A stretch of 64,000 nt of DNA. Source: Macrostomum hystrix (lineage: Eukaryota; Animalia; Platyhelminthes). Of the stretch, positions 17,906-29,839 are shown one piece after another (within the stretch, counting starts at the first letter, position 1; each line of letters begins with the position of its first letter). The notes beneath the pieces are model-generated. The model searched no databases. It was not told the origin of the DNA and saw only the letters and a list, made by a program, of their open reading frames with translations. Location: contig CATNEN010000005.1 in NCBI GenBank assembly GCA_950097015.1, forward strand, positions 2,914,001 to 2,978,000, given 5' to 3'. A program made the translations under genes and the position numbers.

Positions 17906-18450
17906 GGCTTTTCGGCCTTTTGAAAATTGATTTTTTTTTAATTAGAAAAAGTAGGACCCGACTGCGAGCTACGAATCAAAACATGCCCGAATCTTCTGCT
18001 CGTAGCCCTCTGGACCCTTCAAGCATCCCTCCGCTATAGGTATCCACCCAGGAATCGTTAATTTTATACTAAACGATTTGTTTATTCATTACCTACTTAT
18101 TAATTTGCCGTATGAGATCAAGGTATCTGCATGTTCATTGTTGTACATTAATTTTTAGCAATTATGCACACGTGTACTTACAACTCTGAACGGACAGTAC
18201 TCTATACTTGAATTACTCTCCTCTCATTGGTACATCTCTAAGCGACATATCTACTGGAGTACAGTACCATAGCACTGTTACCTGCTGCCTTGCGTGTACC
18301 TGCGCAGCCGTACTACAAAAATTTGAGTTCAGATAGTGAATAGAGAGAGTGTGTGTGTGACTATGCCCCCTATTTTTTAGCGCCCGAGGGTCAGAAAAAC
18401 TAAACTGACTGGAGTACTGCTTAGAAAGAAACCCTACCAATGCGTGGAGG

Positions 18451-18464
18451 GTTACCATGACGAC
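18451..18464 (+). promoter_or_regulatory. RFX X-box-like motif GTTACCATGACGAC
   Basis: One mismatch to the GTHNYY-AT-RRNAAC consensus, ~175 bp upstream of the ATG at 18640. Confidence 0.45.
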
Positions 18465-18639
18465 CAAAACCCAAGCGTCGCCAACCCAACCTCCTCGCTT
18501 ACACCCCCTTACCATCTGGGCATTCAGTATTAAGCCAGTAAACTGTTTATTTTAAATGTTTAAGAAAGAAATCTAAAAATTGTTCTTGTCTACATAAAAT
18601 AAAACTGAGTAAATTGGAGTGGGTAACAAGAAAGCGATA

Positions 18640-21346
18640 ATGACAGAATCTGATACTTTTATTGAGCAGTGGAACGATGACGCTGGCGAGGATAACTCTG
18701 AACTGCTCAATGAGCTCATTCTGGTGCAGGCTGGTGATGTTGGTAAGGTGAGTTAAGTCCAAATTAGTTTTTTATAATCGGTTATTTTAAATCACTTCAA
18801 AGAGCTTTTTAAGTAATCTACTAAGAATCGACTAGTCTTTGAAAAATATTTTTTTTTGTTCGATTTTTTTAATCAAAATTCAGAATTTCAGAATTTCAGA
18901 ATTTCAGAATTTCAGAATTTCCGAATCTTCTAGTCTCATCTTTCAACATTTCCGCGATTGCTTTTATTTCAGCTCGACGTACAAGAAGTGATGCTGCGAT
19001 ATTTTGAAAATCGTCAAAAACTGGGTGAGATTTGCTTGTTTTACTACTCAAGAGAACTAGTTTGCATGCAAAAGAGCATTTTTAGTCATCAATGTTCGAT
19101 AAGAAAATTTATGGCCTATTGTAATGTTAGTTATTGCTGCCTGGTACTACTGTAATAGCACAGTAATATAAAAGTTCGGTGTCTATGTTCTTGTTCAGAA
19201 TGACGAGATGTTCTGTGCTGTAAAATAATAAAGCAATTTTATGATATCCCAGCAGAGCACAACTGCCTTTTATTTTAAATCTACAAGTGTAGATAGGCAT
19301 GTAGGTTTATAGACTGAATAATAGATGAACCACTGAAATCCTTCAGGGATGAAACACTGAAATCCTTTTGAACCACTAAGAAAACGTAGAAAAAAAAGTA
19401 CAAAACAAAATATTTGGCAAAGTCGTGTGACGAAAATATTACTTCATCTAGACTGCGAGTGGATCAATGGTAGGGTGTTAAGTGACTGCGTGTGGATCAA
19501 TGGTAGGGTGTTAAGTGACTGCGTGTGGATCAATGGTAGGGTGTTAAGTGACTGCGAGTGGATCAATGGTAGGGTGTTAAGTGACTGCGAGTGGATCAAT
19601 GGTAGGGTGTTAAGTGACTGCGTGTGGATCAATGGTCGGGTGTTAAGTGACTGCGAGTGGATCAATGGTAGGGTGCTAAGTGACTGCGTGTGGGTCAAGG
19701 GCAGGGTGTTAAGTGACTGCGTGTGGGTCAAGGGCAGGGTGCTAAGTGACTGCGTGTGGGTCAAGGGCAGGGTGTTAAGTGACTGCGTGTGGGTCAAGGG
19801 CAGGGTGTTAAGTGACTGCGTGTGGATCAATGGTCGGGTGCTAAGTGACTGCGTGTGGGTCAAGGGCAGGGTGTTAAGTGACTGCGTGTGGGTCAAGGGC
19901 AGGGTGTTAAGTGACTGCGTGTGGGTCAAGGGCAGGGTTTTAAAATAAAGCGTGTTGATCTATGGATATTTATTTTGACTTTTGTCATCTGAGGTTATCC
20001 TTATCCTAAATATATTTCTGCAGGCTGCGACTCCTGGGACAACGACAACCAGGCGCTCCGCCAGCTGTTCAGTGCGTCCTCTCGAGTGCCCCGAGTTCGG
20101 CACTTTCCTGGCTCGGCTGGTCGAGTTGTTGGCCGACCGAAATTGCCAGGCGGCGGTGGCGCAACGATCGCAAACAGGCGTCCTCTGGCTCAGCAGCAGC
20201 CGCTTAGACTGCTTGAAGAAAGTGGTCAGCATCGTGAGGGCGCCAGACAAAAGCCTGGCAAACCAGCGCATGAGTCCGTCGACTCGACTCGCCAACTGGC
20301 TGAGCACATGCTAGCCTCGGAAGATACTTACGAAGGCATCGAACGAGAATTGGCAACTCTGTCTGAGAAGCTGGTTCAGCAGTCGCTGAGTCAGGCGGTG
20401 TACAATAGCGCTGTGCATCAATTGGCCGTTAGACTGGTTCGACGGGCGCTTGATAGGTTAGGATTCTGTGCTTTTCTTTAACGCATTCGTGTTTTTATTT
20501 AGCTCGGGCGTGAGGTGGATGTGCGGTAGGGTAGAAAGAATGCGACTCGAATGAAAGCCTCGGTTGATCCGGCTAGAAAATCGATCGATCGAACTCATGA
20601 GGTGGATGCCTATGAGGTTTAAGTAGGCAGCAATAGCAAGCGTCATGTAAGGAGGTCTAACGCGTTCGTTTTTCGCACCAAGGTCCCTGAGCTTGAATCC
20701 ACGGCGAGGTCATATTTTTTGGCACAGCCGCTGAGAGAAGGCTTGGGGGCTTGTCGTGCAATTTACAACGTCCTTGAAGGCCAACCTCTAAGGCACTTGA
20801 GGGTGTAACACTGCCTGACGATGAGAAAGTCAGGTCAGATGCACAAACCTATGTGAGTGTGTGCCTGCATTCAGTATCTGTCTGTGTGTTCTCTCAGTAG
20901 GAGTCCGCGAGATGGGCTCCTCGCTGGCTGCGGATCTGCAAAGTGTCACAAACTGCCAGCGTCAAGTGGATAAATCACAGTGTGGATTTGCTGAGACTCC
21001 GAAAGATACCATGCAAAGCAATTCACGAAAGAATCTTAGGGGTAGATTTTAAAACCTTCGTTTATTGACTTTCCTGAACTTCACTCGTCAAATTTACAGA
21101 GCCGGCGAGCAACTTGGCAATCGACAGAGCAGCGACGCGAGCGCAGCGTCGACTACTCAAGACGTCGACATCGCTGACGAATCGGCGCGCATCGACGCCA
21201 TCGCGCAGGAGCTGGCTCGAAACGCTCGCAGCGGCGATCCGCGTGAACTGACGTTCACCTCGGAGAGGGCCGAGAGCGTTGCCGAGGGCCTTCTGGACCA
21301 GGTTATGGCTGATGCAGCTCAGGTGGTCAGCGCGGACAAGCCCTGA
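18640..21346 (+). CDS. Uncharacterised ~280-aa protein, 4 exons: 18640-18747, 18973-19024, 20024-20456, 21100-21346
   Basis: Canonical donors (GTGAGT, GTGAGA, GTTAGG) and acceptors (TTTCAG, CTGCAG, TTACAG) join in one open frame (phases 0, 1, 2) from MTESDTFIEQW to VVSADKP-stop. No family recognised. Confidence 0.75.
19449..19938. repeat. 24-bp minisatellite (GACTGCGTGTGGATCAATGGTAGGGTGTTAAGT-type), ~20 copies by ORF length (true unit 33 bp, ~15 copies: 11-aa repeat SDCVWINGRVL)
   Basis: The translated repeat is 11 aa, i.e. a 33-bp unit. It is intronic (intron 2 of the orphan gene). Confidence 0.85.
20650..21010 (+). mobile_element. tRNA-derived SINE (family shared with 41000-41235)
   Basis: B-box-like GAGCTTGAATCC followed by a T-run. 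The core GCCAACCT..AAGGCACT..GTGTAACACTGCCTGACGATGAGAAAGT is shared with the copy at 41 kb. Confidence 0.55.
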
Positions 21347-21899
21347 TGCTTATGCATTGATTCAATAAATACAATTTCGATAAACAATGTTTGTCGTTCG
21401 TACATGCACGTTATTAAAAGCACTATTAGTAACACAACTTTATGTTTCTCTACTGTTTAGTAACAAAACAGGTGAATGAAATTGAAATTAAAATGTTCAT
21501 TTAATAAAATTTCCATGGTTCTCATGCAAATGTGATAGTTTTTTCGCAGAATATAAAGGCGTTAAACGTGACTAAATATACTCGCATATAACTGTTAACG
21601 AACGAGTTGTATTTTTTTCAAGTCAACAATATTTTTTTACTTTTAAAGACCATTCCATTTTCAATTTAGGATGTCTTTATTCTTGAGCTAATCAGAGAAA
21701 TAAAGAAAGTAACAGAAAAATTGTTTTCCAGGCCTTGGTATTTGGTTTATGTGGGACCCTAATCCTCAAAGGTTATTATAATTACAAAACGGTGCAATTA
21801 CTTTATAGCTGTAACTTTCAACAGCTCGGAAATATATATTTTGCAGCAATAAATATGTTGTGCCCTTCTAAACGTTTTTTTAGAATGATACGGAAGAAT

Positions 21900-22865
21900 T
21901 CAGTGTCTATGGTCCAAACTATATTCCGGGTTATGGGTAGGCTGCCTGGGGTTGAAACGCGATTGAAACGCTCTACATTTGTCCGCCCTCACTGTCTATG
22001 GTCAAAACATTTTTCACTTATATTCTCATCACTTATAATCTCCATATATTTCACTGCCAACACAACACAAGAGCAAAGACAGCAGGAATATGGGAAAGAA
22101 TTCAATAAATAGCGCTTGGAAACACAAATGATTTTTGGTTGGAGAGTTCATCAATAGTTACCTCAAATACAAGGTCGTAGTTATAGAAACTTCAATCCAC
22201 GACACATCTGTCTGTTAGTGTCGTGTAATGTTGAATGTGCAATTCTCAAATTTGCAGTTCTCAAAAACGCTCGTCTGGTTGGCACCAATCGATACGCCTA
22301 TAATTCGCACGTTCCTTGTCTCCAGCACGTGCCGATGAATAGACGCACAGAAGCATACCAGACTTCTGACAGCGACAGCACAGATAGGCACAAAGATAGC
22401 GGATCGGCATTGTTTCGATGTTGTCCGGCAGTTTCTGGTCAACCAGATATTTTTTGAAGCGCTTCACGAGGACAGCGGTTTGATCCGTAGTCGATTTGCG
22501 TTTGGCAGCCTCTTCGACGTCTTGCACAGCAGCTTCCTCTTCTTCCGTCAGTTCCCGCAGAAGCTCGGCATTATTCAGAATGCTTGGATTGGACAATTCT
22601 GCGTCAATCAACTCCTGCTGTCTTACGGTCCAAGTTGCTGCAGAAACGTTATCTCATTCATTTCTAAACCGCTAATATCTTTCTCTAGCAGTGATTCCCA
22701 GTGAATCATAGTAAATCCAAATTCCTAAAGCTTTTAAAACCTTCCTTTTCTCACAGAAGGGGGCTTCAAACTCTATACAGTTTTCAATCATAGACAGTCT
22801 CCGCGGACAACGAAACCGTCACGAAGCACATAGCTAAAGGCTTTTCAACCATAGACAGTTTCCAC
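21900..22865 (-). mobile_element. Crypton-like (DUF3504/tyrosine-recombinase family) remnant
   Basis: Frameshifted ORFs 22611-22261 and 22442-22215 give KRKSTTDQTAVLVKRFKKYL..NIETMP..L, SLVCFCASIHRHVLE and a C-terminal FENCKFENCTFNI, a pattern seen in Crypton-derived proteins. Inverted (TTGTCCGC..)CTGTCTATG motifs flank it at 21901 and 21992 versus 22781 and 22842. The catalytic domain is absent. Confidence 0.5.
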
Positions 22866-22964
22866 GGACGTGAAACCGCGTTGTGCGTCCGCGCTTCAGC
22901 CTACCCATAACACTAATATAGACTGGCTGAGCGGACTGAAATGAACGGAAACGCCTCGGCGCTA

Positions 22965-23136
22965 CACCATTTTACCCTCAATTTTGAACAACGAAAACAT
23001 CAATAGTGACAAATTCCGATTCAAATTCGACAGAATTTACCATAGAGTGTAACTTTCGTCGTTCGCTGTGTCAAAATTGAATCAGAGTTTGTCACTATTG
23101 AAGTTTTCGTTGTTCAAAATTGAGGGTAAAATGGTG
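22965..23136. mobile_element. 172-bp MITE with ~50-bp TIRs and TA flanks (Tc1/mariner-type)
   Basis: ta|CACCATTTTACCCTCAATTTTGAACAACGAAAAC...GTTTTCGTTGTTCAAAATTGAGGGTAAAATGGTG|ta. Confidence 0.8.
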
Positions 23137-24348
23137 TACGCGCCTCGTCATTTCAGTTTATTTCAACCCTAAAAGCCATGCATGCTTTATATTCTACAAA
23201 AAATACGTCGCGCCCTTTTAGAGCATTTATTAAGTAATTTTTGTCACATACAACGACGCGGTCGGTGAAGCCTAGATCCATGATTATATATTTTGTCATA
23301 GTTACGGTATCAAGTAGATTTATTATTAAGTCCTCAAATTTATTGTGCTTAACAAAGCTTTCTCAGAATCAAATTAATCGACTGTCAGAAACCGACAAAA
23401 ACAGAATGACATTTCTTACAAAGTCAGTATTAAAAAAAGTGCCGAAAATTAGTGGACGGACGTAGTAAATAAAGACTAACTTTAACTAGCACAGCTGAGC
23501 CACAGGTAGTCTCATACTCATTAGATGCAAATAACACAAGCAGTTAATTGAAAGAAATAGTTTTTGTTGATGGAAGGTATAAAAATAGTAAATAAGTGAG
23601 AGCATGCACAAATACAGTTGGACGATCAAGGCTAAACAGGATGCATAACGTCTGAACAAGCTGGTTCTGTGAAGCGTTTTAATTATTCGAAAACGAGATA
23701 TTAAACAGTTAAGAAACAGTATTTAGTAAGTTTCCTACATTCTAGGAACAGTAAGCATTTTACTTTATTAGAAAAGGAAATATTAATTCCTCGATTCAAA
23801 GCAGTTAACTTAATTACGATATAGGGCTTCCCCTTCTAAATGTCCCTCTAGACTACTCTTAGTAAAAATTATTCATATCTAAATGATTTGACAAATAATT
23901 TAGTTATATAGACGGCTGACAAAATGCGCTTTTATTTTTCTTTCTAACTTTCCCCATTAGCTCTTCAATTGTCAGAAAAGCTTTCAAATCTGATACATCA
24001 ACCTCTACAATTTAAATATTATATAATCCCCCTAAAAGTATACAGGGTTATAAAAGAGTATAAATTAAGACAGAAAAATTACATCGAAAAATGAACGTAG
24101 GGCCTAGTCAAGCAATTTAAAACATTGCCTTTTTATGTTCATATGGACACATTTTTAACCATCTTTCGCAGGTCGAGAAGTGGCATGGTTGAATTTGAAT
24201 TCACGCGATACCATTTAAATTAACAAAATATATTAAATTTAAGTTTCACTTGCTAATTCCCTTTCACACTTTTCATATCAAGATACTACAGGTGTTCTAA
24301 ACATTGCTAAATTATGAGCATTTCTTGAAGTTTGAGAAGCTATTAAAA

Positions 24349-27300
24349 TTAGTCCGGCCGAATCGTGGCAGAGAAATTGTAGCTCGCAGCATCTGGCACC
24401 AGCTGCATTATCATACCACAGCTGCGCTTCACATAGAGAGGCTTGGCTACCGCTGCGTCAGCGAACCCGTGACAGTTGCCAATGTCAAGCAGCAATTTGG
24501 TAGGCATCGCCTGACTCGTTTTGTCCTTCTCACCAGCCAAGTAAACTCTGAGCGGAGTCTCCAGCCAGTGCACAGTGCAGTCGCCTAAACGGGCTGATGT
24601 GCCTTTCTCTTTGACGTAGTCCGCCAGACCCTGCGAGTGAATGAGCAGAATATTAACTGTTGGTTTCGTCGAGTAGGTTTCAGATTGGTTCGTTCTTTAT
24701 TGGTGAGTAGGTTTTGAGTTTGGTTGGTTTCTAAAGTGGTGAGTCGGTTTTGATATTGGTTGGTTTCTGAGTGGTGAGTAGGTTTCGAGATTGGTTGGCT
24801 TCTGAGTGGTGAGTAGGTTTTGAGATTGTTTGGTCTCGGAGTGGTGAGTAGGTTTTGAGATTGGTTGGTTTCTGTTAGTTAGGTTAGCTTTGAAATTTTT
24901 TTCTGAGTGGGGAGCAGGACCAGATCTGGTAGATTCCAGGCAGAGGGACTCAGGAGCCTCACCTTGCTGAGCACAGAGTCGGGAAACTGCATCGGGTTTC
25001 CGACAATCAGTTTAAAATTGCGACACTCCGAGCAATGCACATCGAACTCATAGGCGAAGGCGCCTGTCATTAGCAGGTCCTGATTGACGCCGAAGCTTTT
25101 CAGGTTGATCCAGAAATTCTCCTCGCTCCAGTTATCGCCTTCGAGCTCCTGCCGGCTCAGATCGATGAAGCCCTCAAGATCCAGGGTGTCGTTGCGAAGC
25201 TTGACCATCCTGCCTAAGGCTTCCCAAAGTTCGTCTGTCAGCTCTTCGTCGCTGGTTATGTAATTGTACACCTGGAGATTGTCGTTTTTTATGCTAATTT
25301 AATTTAAAGCATCTTTGAGTCCGATGGATACGCATCAAAGTAAAACTAAAAAGCGCAAATCACAGAGCAAACAGCACACATCACAGCACAACAACCTTCG
25401 CACATCACAGCACAACTACCATCGCACATCACAGCACAACTACCATTGCACATCACAGCACAACTACCATCGCATATCACAGCACAACAACCTTCGCACA
25501 TCACAGCACAACTACCATCGCACATCACAGCACAACTACCATCGCACATCACAGCACAACTACCATTGCACATCACAGCACAACTACCATCGCATATCAC
25601 AGCACAACTACCATCGCACATCACAGCACAACTACCATCGCACATCACAGCACAACTACCATCGCACATCACAGCACAACTAGCAGCACACATCACAGCA
25701 CAACTACCATCGCAATCACGGCACAACTACCATCGCACATCACAGCACAACTACCATCGCACATCACAGCACAACTAGCAGCACACATCACAGCACAACT
25801 ACCATCGCAATCACGGCACAACTACCATCGCACATCACAGCACAACTACCATCGCACATCACAGCACAACTAGCAGCACACATCACAGCACAACTACCAT
25901 CGCAATCACGGCACAACTACCATCGCACATCACAGCACAACTACCATCGCACATCACAGCACAACTACCATCGCACATCACAGCACAACTACCATCGCAC
26001 ATCACATCTCAACTAGCAGCACACATCACAGCTCAACTAGCAGCACACATCACATCTCAACTAGCAGCACACATCACATCTCAACTAGCAGCACACATCA
26101 CAGCACAACTACCATCGCACATCACATCTCAACTAGCAGCACACATCACAGCTCAACTAGCAGCACACATCACAGCACAACTACCATCGCACATCACATC
26201 TCAACTAGCAGCACACATCACATCTCAACTAGCAGCACACATCACATCTCAACTAGCAGCACACATCACAGCTCAACTAGCAGCACACATCACATCTCAA
26301 CTAGCAGCACACATCACAGCTCAACTAGCAGCACACATCACAGCTCAACTAGCAGCACACATCACAGCGAGACTACCATCGCACATCACATCTCAACTAG
26401 CAGCACACATCACAGCTCAACTAGCAGCACACATCACATCTCAACTAGCAGCACACATCACAGCACAACTACAATCGCACATCACAGCACAAATACCATC
26501 GCACATCACAGCTCAACTAGCAGCACACATCACAGCTCAACTACCAGCGCACATCACATCTCAACTAGCAGCACACATCACAGCGAGACTACCATCGCAC
26601 ATCACATCTCAACTAGCAGCACACATCACATCTCAACTAGCAGCACACATCACAGCACAACTACAATCGCACATTACAGCACAAATACCATCGCACATCA
26701 CAGCTCAACTAGCAGCACACATCACAGCTCAACTACCAGCGCACATCACATCTCAACTAGCAGCACACATCACAGCGAGACTACCATCGCACATCACATC
26801 TCAACTAGCAGCACACATCACAGCTCAACTAGCAGCACACATCACATCTCAACTAGCAGCACACATCACATCTCAACTAGCAGCACACATCACAGCTCAA
26901 CTAGCAGCACACATCACATCTCAACTAGCAGCACACATCACAGCACAACTACAATCGCACATTATAGCACAAATACCATCGCACATCACAGCTCAACTAG
27001 CAGCACACATCACAGCTCAACTACCATCGCACATCACAGCACAAATACCATCGCACATCACAGCTCAACTAGCAGCACACATCACAGCTCAACTACCATC
27101 GCACATCACAGCACAAATACCATCGCACATCACAGCTCAACTACCATCGCACATCACAGCACAAATACCATCGCACATCACAGCTCAACTAGCAGCACAC
27201 ATCACAGCACAAATACCATCGCACATCACAGCTCAACTACCATCGCACATCACAGCACAAATACCATCGCACATCACAGCTCAACTAGCAGCACACATCA

Positions 27301-29289
27301 CAGCTCAACTACCAGCGCACATCACAGCTCAACTAGCAGCACACATCACAGCTCAACTAGCAGCACACATCACAGCTCAACTACCAGCGCACATCACAGC
27401 TCAACTAGCAGCACACATCACAGCTCAACTAGCAGCACACATCACAGCTCAACTACCAGCGCACATCACAGCTCAACTACCAGCGCACATCACAGCTCAA
27501 CAACATTTCTCAAAGCACATTACAGCATCACAGCACACATGTCGGTGTCTAGCGCAGTCAGACCTGCAGTTCAGTTCTGTCCAGTGCTCCGTCTTGGTTT
27601 GTGTCGCACAGTTTAAAAATGTCCTCCAGAGCGTCTCGACCAGCCGTAGTGATTCGCTGACTGCGCGTTGCCGGTTTCGGCTTGCTGGAGGTCGCCGTGA
27701 GGCTCAGCTTGTCGCCCTGGCAGTAGGGCAGCAGCTGGTATTCACCAGCTTCCAGGTCGGCCTGGATTGTGGGTTTTGGAATTCTTATCTGGGTTCTTAT
27801 CTGTCTGCTGGTATCTGTCAGCTCGCTGTTTGAGTACGAGCTATCTGTCAGCTCGCTGTCTAAGTACGAGCTATCTGCCAGCTCGCTGTTTGAGTACGAG
27901 CTATCTGTCAGCTCAATGTTTGAGTATCCGTCAGCTCGCTGTTTGAGTATCTGTTAGCTCACTGTTTGAGCATCTGTTAGCTCACTGTTTGAGCATCTGT
28001 TAGCTCACTGTTTGAGTATCTGTCAGCTCACTGTTTGAGTATCTGTCAGCTCACTGTTTGAGTATCTGTCAGTTACATATCTCCTACCTTAAATGTCAAA
28101 CTCTCGATTACGAAGGCTTGCTTACATGCTTTTACGCTCTTAATTTGTAGTGCAAAATAAGCTGATAACAATGCAATCCAATACGCACCTTCAGACCAAT
28201 CACAGCTGAAGCAGCTTTACCAACTGGCGAATCGCAAACCGCCACTGGTTTACCGTTGCGAAACAGGGCAAAACCGATGTCGCATTCCGATTGCATTGTC
28301 TTTAGTTTGTCCTGAGCCATTGGCTGCATTGCGATGAACACGTAGGAAGCTGTCGGTAGGATTAGAGTGTAGTGACTGGAAACGATACGTCTTTGACCGT
28401 TGTTATCGTCTAGCAGAAAGAACCCGGTGGCGCGTTGGTGAGTCCATTTCTTTAGATCGGCCGGCGACTTCACCGGCGTCGTGCGCGGCGTCTGACCGCT
28501 TCCAATTCGTACCTCGTTAGCGGACGAATTGGACGACGTTGAAGGCTTCTTGCCGCGTTGCCTGGGCGCAGGTTTAACCGCCTCCTCGCTGGAGTCCTGA
28601 TCCGACGCATCCTTGCCGCGATCCCGCTTTTTCGGCTCCGGTCGACGCTCCCGTTCCAACGATTTTCGACTCTTTTGAATGTCGCCTAACACAAAGTCGA
28701 TAAATTCTTCGTAGTCTAGACGACCGTCGCCGTTCCTGTCGTATTGACGCAGCAACTCCCGAGCTTCGAGTTTTGTAACCGGCTCACCACCCGAGCTGAG
28801 CATCTGGACGAACTCGTCAACAGATAGGTAGCCGTCAGAGTTCAGGTCGACGGCATGAAACGCGTCTAGAAGTTCGTCGCGAGTTGTTACAGGTTCTTGT
28901 CGACAGACCTCTAGGAAGCCCTAAGAATTGTAACATTTGAACCGTAAAAAACTTTTAAAAATTAGTCAAACGTATGCGATTGTAATCAGACGCAAGAAAC
29001 TGACCTGCAAATCAACACCGGTGCGCCTAGAATTGTGCCGATCCCAGTACTGCCGCAGTGCCTTCTGACTGGGGTTTCTCCCAGTCTGCTGCACCAGTGA
29101 CGCAAAATCGTCGAACGTCCGCAGGCGACCTTGAGCTCCGTCGCCTCCCACTGCGCCAATGAAGGCCTGCTCACAGAATTCCGAGTCGCTGCCACCGCCA
29201 CCGCCACTGCCGCCGTCGCTTTCGCGTCGTCTCTGATCGTCGAAGGACGATCGCTTGGCGCTTCCGCCACTGCTGTAGGGCTTTGACAT
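24349..29289 (-). CDS. EFCAB7: EF-hand calcium-binding domain protein 7, 5 exons: 29289-29005, 28920-28189, 27761-27564, 25271-24963, 24630-24349
   Basis: QTGRNPSQKALRQYW, EF-hands DLNSDGYLSVDE, DRNGDGRLDYEE and DTNQDGALDRTE, KKWTHQRATGFFLL, LDLEGFIDL...FWINLKSFGVNQDL all resemble EFCAB7 as recalled. All introns are phase 0 and GT-AG. Confidence 0.85.
24655..24880. repeat. ~33-bp degenerate tandem repeat (GGTGAGTAGGTTTTGAGATTGGTTGGTTTCT) in EFCAB7 intron 4
   Basis: About 6-7 recognisable units. Confidence 0.75.
25372..27520. repeat. 21-bp minisatellite (CACATCACAGCACAACTACCATCG-type variants), ~100 copies, in EFCAB7 intron 3
   Basis: 7-aa repeats in three frames (TSQHNYHR / HITAQLPS / CAVMCDGS types). 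Variant blocks change along the array. Confidence 0.93.
27820..28075. repeat. ~22-bp tandem repeat (TATCTGTCAGCTCACTGTTTGAG) in EFCAB7 intron 2
   Basis: Direct reading, ~10 units. Confidence 0.8.
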
Positions 29290-29490
29290 GCGAAGCGGCT
29301 GAAAACGTCTGATAATGAGTTTTGAAGGGTATTAATTAAATTTTTTAGTTACATCACTTGTTTTTGGCTCAATAAAAGACCTTCTGTTTAGATTTTTATC
29401 GGATTTACATGAAATAATATAGCTTTAGTTTTCATAATTTTAGGTTTTTCAGCGACCTAAAAATGTGAACACTTATCTCTGAAAGACATG

Positions 29491-29713
29491 TGTAACACGC
29501 GGTGTTTGGCGGTGTGAAACCAGATTCTACGAAGGCCCCGTGAGGCCGTGCTTGTTGTATTTATGTCAGTTGCGATTACGTAATCAGCGATGTACAGTAA
29601 TGAACGATGTTAAACGAACGAACAGCAAATACGATAGAATGGTTCAGCAAATTATTAGAAAGATTGTTAACATTCAAAAACTGCTTCAAAGGCTAGGAAT
29701 AAAAACCATTACA
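29491..29713 (-). repeat. 3' LTR of Gypsy element
   Basis: Base-by-base match to 33935-34157. Preceded on the minus strand by purine-rich GGGTGAGAAA (PPT-like). Confidence 0.95.
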
Positions 29714-29839
29714 TTTCTCACCCGCGAAACAATAGACGATCTGAATCGCAAAATTGAAAACGCAGAACCAGTTAAAAAAACACATTCACAGTCTCTAAAC
29801 AGTCTCTGATCAGTCTCTAAACAGTCCATCGCTCTCCGC

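Noticed and set aside
17960-18056. Small GC-richer patch with a GCTACGA/TCGTAGC stem as an ncRNA
   Set aside because: It has only a single 7-bp stem and no recognisable family motif. It may be part of the adjacent decayed LINE.
20810-20850. CTGACGA...GAAA as a hammerhead ribozyme core in the SINE
   Set aside because: There is no room for stem II between CUGANGA and GAAA, and flanking stems I and III could not be formed. The 41-kb copy does not preserve the pairing.
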